DNA of 46,205 nucleotides from a virus (taxonomy: Duplodnaviria; Heunggongvirae; Uroviricota; Caudoviricetes), in the IMG/VR virus record IMGVR_UViG_3300012348_000120, one strand, 5' to 3'. Position numbers and translations under genes: made by a program. Position 1 is the first letter of the stretch. Each line of letters begins with the position of its first letter. The notes under the pieces are model-generated. The model was given only the letters and a program-made list of their open reading frames with translations. It was not told the origin of the DNA and did not search any database. Positions 43,055 to 46,205 of the stretch are shown here, in pieces.

Positions 43055-44044
43055 TTACTTGCAGCAAGTCAAGTTGGCAGTCCGTTCCCAAGATTGCGGC
43101 ATTGCCTTGCGAAGATCGGCAATCTTGGTGATCATACGCAGCGAGATTTCGCGCAGACGAGATTGGTTGTTTTCCATATAGGACATAATCTCATCTTGAT
43201 CTTGATCAGAGAACCCGTAGGATTTCAGCATACCTTGACGGACAATCTGCTTACACCGCAGAAGTTTATCGCGAGTCGTGCTGATGGTCAAATCCAGATA
43301 GTGGCAGCGCGACATAATAGCTTCAAGGTGATCTTTGATCTTAGACGACTTCACCTTGTCAAACTTCAAGTTGGTGATGAAGATCACCGAACCCTTGAAC
43401 TCAAATTGATCAGGAACGCCTTCACGGCGCAGGAAGTGCGAGTCGGAGTGCCAAGAGATTTTACGCTTCTTACCACTGTCCAGAGCGGCTTTGAGAATGT
43501 TCAAAGCATCTTCGTTGAACAGAATCGAGTCGCAGTCATCAAGCACCACGATATTCTTTTCATCGCTGTATTTGTAGAGCGTGGAATACAGACCGATGGG
43601 CGACATGGTTCCCTTCACAAACGTGTGGCGCAGAGGACGGTCAGCCATAATGTCAAACAAGGAGTCTTGTTCAAGAACCTGTTCAACGCCATAGGTTTTA
43701 CCAACGCCGGGAGGACCAGAAACAACCATACCGCGCACAACACCGTCAATGGTGGCACCAGTCATATCATCAAGAATCTTGAAACGTTCCGCAATGCGTT
43801 CAATTGCTTCTTCATCGCTCTCAGTCACACAAACGGTTTCGCCGCTTGCTTCACCATCAATCGTAACGTCATCTTCCGATTCGACACGAATACGAATTTT
43901 GGGCTTCTTGACCGCACTGTCAGACGCATCAACCGTAACGAAAAATCCACCCTTGGCAGAAGGTTTCAACCCCTGCACCAAGGGAAACGAACCAGAAATC
44001 GGTTGGTTGTTATACGAACCGTTTTCAACATGGGCAATCTGCAT
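43055..44044 (-). CDS. AAA+ ATPase with an N-terminal extension
   Basis: Walker A GPPGVGKT, Walker B VLDDCD, FITN and SRC; early promoter upstream. Confidence 0.85.
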   Translation of the reverse strand: MQIAHVENGSYNNQPISGSFPLVQGLKPSAKGGFFVTVDASDSAVKKPKIRIRVESEDDVTIDGEASGETVCVTESDEEAIERIAERFKILDDMTGATIDGVVRGMVVSGPPGVGKTYGVEQVLEQDSLFDIMADRPLRHTFVKGTMSPIGLYSTLYKYSDEKNIVVLDDCDSILFNEDALNILKAALDSGKKRKISWHSDSHFLRREGVPDQFEFKGSVIFITNLKFDKVKSSKIKDHLEAIMSRCHYLDLTISTTRDKLLRCKQIVRQGMLKSYGFSDQDQDEIMSYMENNQSRLREISLRMITKIADLRKAMPQSWERTANLTCCK

Positions 44045-44074
44045 CGTGTTCCTCTTTCTCTTGCTTACAGGATA

Positions 44075-44103
44075 TGTATACAGTGATTCGTAGAGATTGT
44101 CAA
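44075..44103 (-). promoter_or_regulatory. Sigma70-type early promoter with GANTC in the spacer
   Basis: TTGACA-17-TATACA; GAATC at 44085-44089. Confidence 0.8.
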
Positions 44104-44106
44104 GTG

Positions 44107-44259
44107 TTAATCATCGCACATTCCAGTGAGCGCAGCTATTGTCGCAGACTTTCCATAAAGAAATGTCTCCCATCCACACTTACTGAATGTATAAAATATC
44201 GCAGAAAATCCAAGAAACAACACAAAGGCAATCATCATTGCGGCGGCAAATCGAGTCAT
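44107..44259 (-). CDS. Small membrane protein (50 aa), missed by the ORF track
   Basis: MTRFAAAMMIAFVLFLGFSAIFYTFSKCGW...; AAGGA SD. Confidence 0.6.
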   Translation of the reverse strand: MTRFAAAMMIAFVLFLGFSAIFYTFSKCGWETFLYGKSATIAALTGMCDD

Positions 44260-44286
44260 TATATTTTCCTTATTAATTGTGTTGAT

Positions 44287-44571
44287 TTAGCCGACCTGTC
44301 CGTCAATAATGCGAACAAGGTCTTCAACGTATACCCCGTTTACTTCTTTATCAACCTTCCAGTCGAGGTTGCGAATACGGGCGAATACCACGTTGTAGAG
44401 GTCCATTCCTTCGTCATACTTGACGTAGACATAACCTTTCCATTTGACAAGTCCAGAGGTCTTGAACTTCAACCCATCGCCCATTGCGACAAAATCTTTT
44501 GCGCCCCATGCCATGAAGGCGCGGCGGTCAAGAGCACGAATTTGGTCACGAATGATGGTGGCTACGTTCAT
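44287..44571 (-). CDS. Early hypothetical protein (MNVATIIRDQIRALD...)
   Basis: GAGG SD before ATG 44571, downstream of the promoter. Confidence 0.7.
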   Translation of the reverse strand: MNVATIIRDQIRALDRRAFMAWGAKDFVAMGDGLKFKTSGLVKWKGYVYVKYDEGMDLYNVVFARIRNLDWKVDKEVNGVYVEDLVRIIDGQVG

Positions 44572-44597
44572 ATGTTTTTCCTCTTGGTTACAGATCA

Positions 44598-44626
44598 TGT
44601 ATACAGTGATTCGTAGGGAATGTCAA
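44598..44626 (-). promoter_or_regulatory. Sigma70-type early promoter with GANTC in the spacer
   Basis: TTGACA-17-TATACA; GAATC at 44608-44612; near-identical to 44075-44103. Confidence 0.8.
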
Positions 44627-44628
44627 TG

Positions 44629-44652
44629 AAAAATCGCCCAGATGGGCGATTT
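44629..44652 (-). terminator. Rho-independent terminator after the methylase
   Basis: AAAAATCGCCC-agat-GGGCGATTT. Confidence 0.8.
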
Positions 44653-45550
44653 AAAATTCAAATAAATTAACATCGGGGTTGGGCATATTGTCTTTTATTC
44701 TTTTTTCTGTGATTTCACAATATTCTTGCGACAAATCCATGCCGATATATTTATGACCGAGCGATATCGCTGCCACACCAGTTGAGCCACTTCCGTTGAA
44801 AGGATCAAGAATTATAGAATTTTTTTTCGGTGCGTATACATTTATTAACCATTTCATTAAGTCTATCGGTTTTGGGGTAGGGTGAGTATTATATTCTCCT
44901 CGCTCGTTCCTTGAAACTCTGGGAGCATAAAAGTATTTTTGATGATCTTGAATATCAAACAATCCAATAATATTACTTGGGTGCCGACCATTTGGGTTTG
45001 CATCTACTTTTTCAGTGTCCTGATCCGTAGACTTCATCACTGTACCACCGAAAGCCCTGCGATTTGCGCCACCGCTTACCCAACCAGTTGGTGGTTTTTT
45101 ATCCCAAGGAATACGATTATCTTCAATGTTAATTGTTCCAGTCCCCCACCGTTCAATGTTTTCTTTAATTGTTTTTTCACTAATTGGCTTCTGCGCCACC
45201 GCAATAGGTTCGTGCGCTGGCTTTAATTTATTTGCTTTAGCCATTTTTGTGGTGATCATCCAGATCACTTGATCTTTAATTTGGAATCCACCGTCTTCCA
45301 TTTTAGTTGCCATTCTGTGATATAATTCGGGAGAACAAAAACTCAACGCCCATCCACCCGGTTTTAATACTCTTAACACCTCTCTCCATGTTTCAATCGG
45401 AGGAACATCTTTGTCCCATCCAACGCCCGCAATATCCATACCATATGGTGGATCAGTCACTACTAAATCTACACTGTTTTCATCTAACTCTCTTAGAAGG
45501 GTTTGGTTGTCACCGCACTGAATATGATATTTCTCATTAGTAAACTGCAT
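44651..45550 (-). CDS. N6-A/N4-C DNA methyltransferase (beta class)
   Basis: VVTDPPY, HPTPKP and ILDPFNGSGSTG. Confidence 0.92.
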   Translation of the reverse strand: MQFTNEKYHIQCGDNQTLLRELDENSVDLVVTDPPYGMDIAGVGWDKDVPPIETWREVLRVLKPGGWALSFCSPELYHRMATKMEDGGFQIKDQVIWMITTKMAKANKLKPAHEPIAVAQKPISEKTIKENIERWGTGTINIEDNRIPWDKKPPTGWVSGGANRRAFGGTVMKSTDQDTEKVDANPNGRHPSNIIGLFDIQDHQKYFYAPRVSRNERGEYNTHPTPKPIDLMKWLINVYAPKKNSIILDPFNGSGSTGVAAISLGHKYIGMDLSQEYCEITEKRIKDNMPNPDVNLFEF

Positions 45551-46070
45551 TTAATACACTCTCTTCACAAATTTTTCGTTCTTCGTGGGCAAAGTAATCA
45601 ACCTTTTTTTTCCCACCAGATTGAGTATACATCGATCTAATGTAAAAGTCAAATCCTCTCTTGTCCTGCCACCCGTCCATTTTTTTATATTTTGTCAGAA
45701 CCTCATTCATTTCAATTAACATAGAATCATACAATTTTCTTTTTTGCAAGGTAAGAATGTCGTTTGCGTTATATAAAGTGGTAGAATTATACTTTTTAGA
45801 TGAAAAAATATAGATGGTATCAGGTTTGGGTAATCCACCATTATACATTGGATAATGCCCTTTGCTGCTTTTACATTCAATGCTGTATCTTTTCTCGCCA
45901 CAAAATACATAAAAATCGGGAGAATTTTGAATTCCATTTGGCTGTGACAAATAATTCAATTTATGTTTAATTAGTAATTGTTCTACCTGATTCTCGTGTT
46001 CTGGGTTATCTTGCGAATTCGGTTTATATGGCAGTGCCAAACAATCAGAAAAAAATTTATTAAGAGACAT
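45537..46070 (-). CDS. PD-(D/E)XK type II restriction-endonuclease-like protein
   Basis: QNSPDF-x9-IECKSS and YNGGLP; overlaps the methylase start. Confidence 0.7.
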   Translation of the reverse strand: MSLNKFFSDCLALPYKPNSQDNPEHENQVEQLLIKHKLNYLSQPNGIQNSPDFYVFCGEKRYSIECKSSKGHYPMYNGGLPKPDTIYIFSSKKYNSTTLYNANDILTLQKRKLYDSMLIEMNEVLTKYKKMDGWQDKRGFDFYIRSMYTQSGGKKKVDYFAHEERKICEESVLNAVY

Positions 46071-46108
46071 CGTTCTTCGGCTCCCACCGTTTCTTGAATT
46101 ACATTGAT

Positions 46109-46137
46109 AAGATAAGGTGATTCGTTACAATTGTCAA
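46109..46137 (-). promoter_or_regulatory. Sigma70-type early promoter with GANTC in the spacer
   Basis: TTGACA-17-TATCTT; GAATC at 46119-46123. Confidence 0.7.
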
Positions 46138-46205
46138 GTGAAATCAAAAAACTTTGTTTCTTCTTTTACTTCGCCAATCCGCGTCTTGGCAATCTCAAAA
46201 TACTT

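Noticed and set aside
43094-44086. 330-aa plus-strand ORF antisense to the AAA ATPase
   Set aside because: It is codon-registered with the ATPase, so it is explained by avoidance of TTA/CTA/TCA codons in a highly expressed gene; it has no SD or motifs
1-46205. CRISPR arrays, tRNA genes, rRNA, transposases/integrases
   Set aside because: No regularly spaced direct repeats, no complete cloverleaf other than the tRNA-like domain of the tmRNA, and no recognisable recombinase motifs were seen by eye

Overview
This window is a 46-kb segment of a large, T4-like/jumbo-type tailed phage genome (myovirus-like: PAAR spike, gp41-like helicase, UvsW-like helicase, TATAAATA-type late promoters). Several features point to an alphaproteobacterial, probably Rhodobacteraceae, host: a permuted two-piece tmRNA, a Rhodobacter-style porin, DUF1127/DUF3563-like small proteins and GANTC motifs in early promoters. 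Most genes are on the minus strand. From left to right: early hypothetical genes; a host-interaction island (porin, two ADP-ribosyltransferase-fold paralogs flanking a KTSC protein, alternative oxidase, tmRNA); an ~11-kb enzyme cluster downstream of late-type promoters (B12 radical SAM, seven 2OG-Fe(II)/cupin oxygenases, SET, two SDRs, SGNH, GNAT, PLP enzyme, desaturase, epimerase); a chain of five small ORFs; a glycosyltransferase-like gene and a zeta-like kinase; probable virion genes; replication genes (helicase, primase, a 203-aa mini-DnaE, clamp-loader-like subunit, UvsW); an AAA ATPase; and a methylase-endonuclease pair. The strongest hidden signals are the circularly permuted tmRNA with a structured 100-nt intervening segment, and five sigma70-type promoters that carry YGATTCG at an identical spacer position. 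All protein calls rest on motif recognition by eye; no database searches were run.
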